A stretch of DNA of 62,857 nucleotides, the filler included, from Basidiobolus meristosporus CBS 931.73 (taxonomy: Eukaryota; Fungi; Basidiobolomycota): assembly GCA_002104905.1 (NCBI GenBank). It is 3 parts of 3 records of this genome, joined end to end, with 100 filler letters (N's around TTAATTAATTAA, not from the genome) between each part and the next. Parts side by side here need not be neighbours in the genome. Positions count along the whole stretch, not along the records: positions 44,768 to 62,857 come from MCFE01001074.1; 2 more parts are not named here. The stretch is one strand, 5' to 3'. The translations under genes and the position numbers were made by a program. Each line of letters begins with the position of its first letter. Positions within the stretch are counted from its first letter, which is position 1. The notes beneath the pieces are model-generated. The model searched no databases and was not told the DNA's origin. It worked only from the letters and a program-made list of their open reading frames with translations. Of the stretch, positions 62,001-62,857 are shown in pieces.

Positions 62001-62857
62001 TTGCAAACTGTCAACACATGCTGTAATCAGGACAGTCTCTGGATCATATGTTGCCAGCCACATGATGGTTGTCCACTTGTACCATGTAACATGGTAAGTT
62101 GCATCCCGGTATGACTTTGGCAAGAAGTTGCAATAAATCCTCAAAGCCCCCCATTACTGATATTAGTAGAAACACGTCACTTCTCTAGCCACAACATCAC
62201 ATCATTCACCAGTAGATGGATTACTGGGCTCACTTGGCTCCATAAAGTATCCTTGGCATTTGTCATAACAAGTGTTGTCTCATTGCATATAGGGATTTGA
62301 CTGGGCTCATACGTGGTACTGTTTTCAGGGGAGATAGGCTCAAAATCCATCAGTCAGCCTTCTTTGTCAGAGCTATCACTCTGCGTACCATATTCAGAAG
62401 GCTGAGGTGAGCCCAAAGGTGTCATAAACTCACCTGACTCAGTTTGCGCAAGGTGACAAACACAGCCAGGTGCCAATATAGAAGTATCAACAGGCCGGCA
62501 TGATAATGTTGGTACAGTAGTGACCAATGAATGGTCAAATATGACCTGGATGGCAAAACACTGGCCATGATCCTTGTAATACTTCCTATGCTGTCTGCGT
62601 GCTTCATGGCTGAGAGGCTTACCACAATAGCCACATGGTTTTTTTCTCTTCTCTTACGGTGTTGAGTCAAAGTAGTCTTGTCCATGGGGCAAATAGTTTA
62701 ACCTTCAACAATGTAACGCTATTATATCACTTTTTTGTCAATACTCATGTGAACTTAAGACAGTCTTGTATTTGAGACATTGCACCTACATGAATGTAAG
62801 ATTCCATGATGACCTGCCATAGTAAGCATTATAAATAAAGTTGTGGCACCACATACA
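59010..62857 (-). pseudogene. Tnp2/CACTA-like transposase relic, most complete copy, running off the window
   Basis: N-terminal CGYC..H frame near 62640, ITACVDSL..., LALDG, IGDTP, 185-aa frame with HSLLHLAQ...GPCFTFWEFPMEWMCG. Inverted homologue of 55050-58430. Confidence 0.9.
61262..61430. mobile_element. Fragment of the fold-back MITE between two repeated Tnp2 segments
   Basis: Near-identical reverse complement of 56099-56243. Confidence 0.85.

Overview
Eukaryotic, repeat-saturated, strongly CpG-depleted DNA with no recognisable host gene. A fungal host is inferred from the GGTTATGAGCCC half-tRNA primer site and the element types. Contents: (1) a 1.8-kb array of about 62 copies of a 29-bp quasi-palindromic unit, starting about 50 bp inside a DNA-transposon end; (2) about 7 kb of unassignable decayed DNA; (3) two Ty1/copia families. 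Family A has 349-bp LTRs and includes one complete element with an AGATC target duplication inserted into a sibling, a solo LTR and an LTR-derived tandem array. Family B has ~369-bp LTRs and three copies of different ages; (4) three Ty3/gypsy families (C, D, E). D has a CpG-decayed tRNA-Lys primer site and E carries an extra ~400-codon frame between integrase and the 3' LTR; (5) a PIF/Harbinger-superfamily (PHIS) element with a DDE_Tnp_4-type transposase, a divergent Myb/MADF-like partner frame and a family of related ends and MITEs, including a 724-bp fold-back; (6) several Tnp2 (CACTA/En-Spm-like) transposase relics, two of which form a large inverted pair. Two 100-bp scaffold gaps contain an artificial TTAATTAATTAA linker. 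All family letters are my own labels. All alignments and counts were done by eye, no database searches were run, and relic boundaries are approximate.
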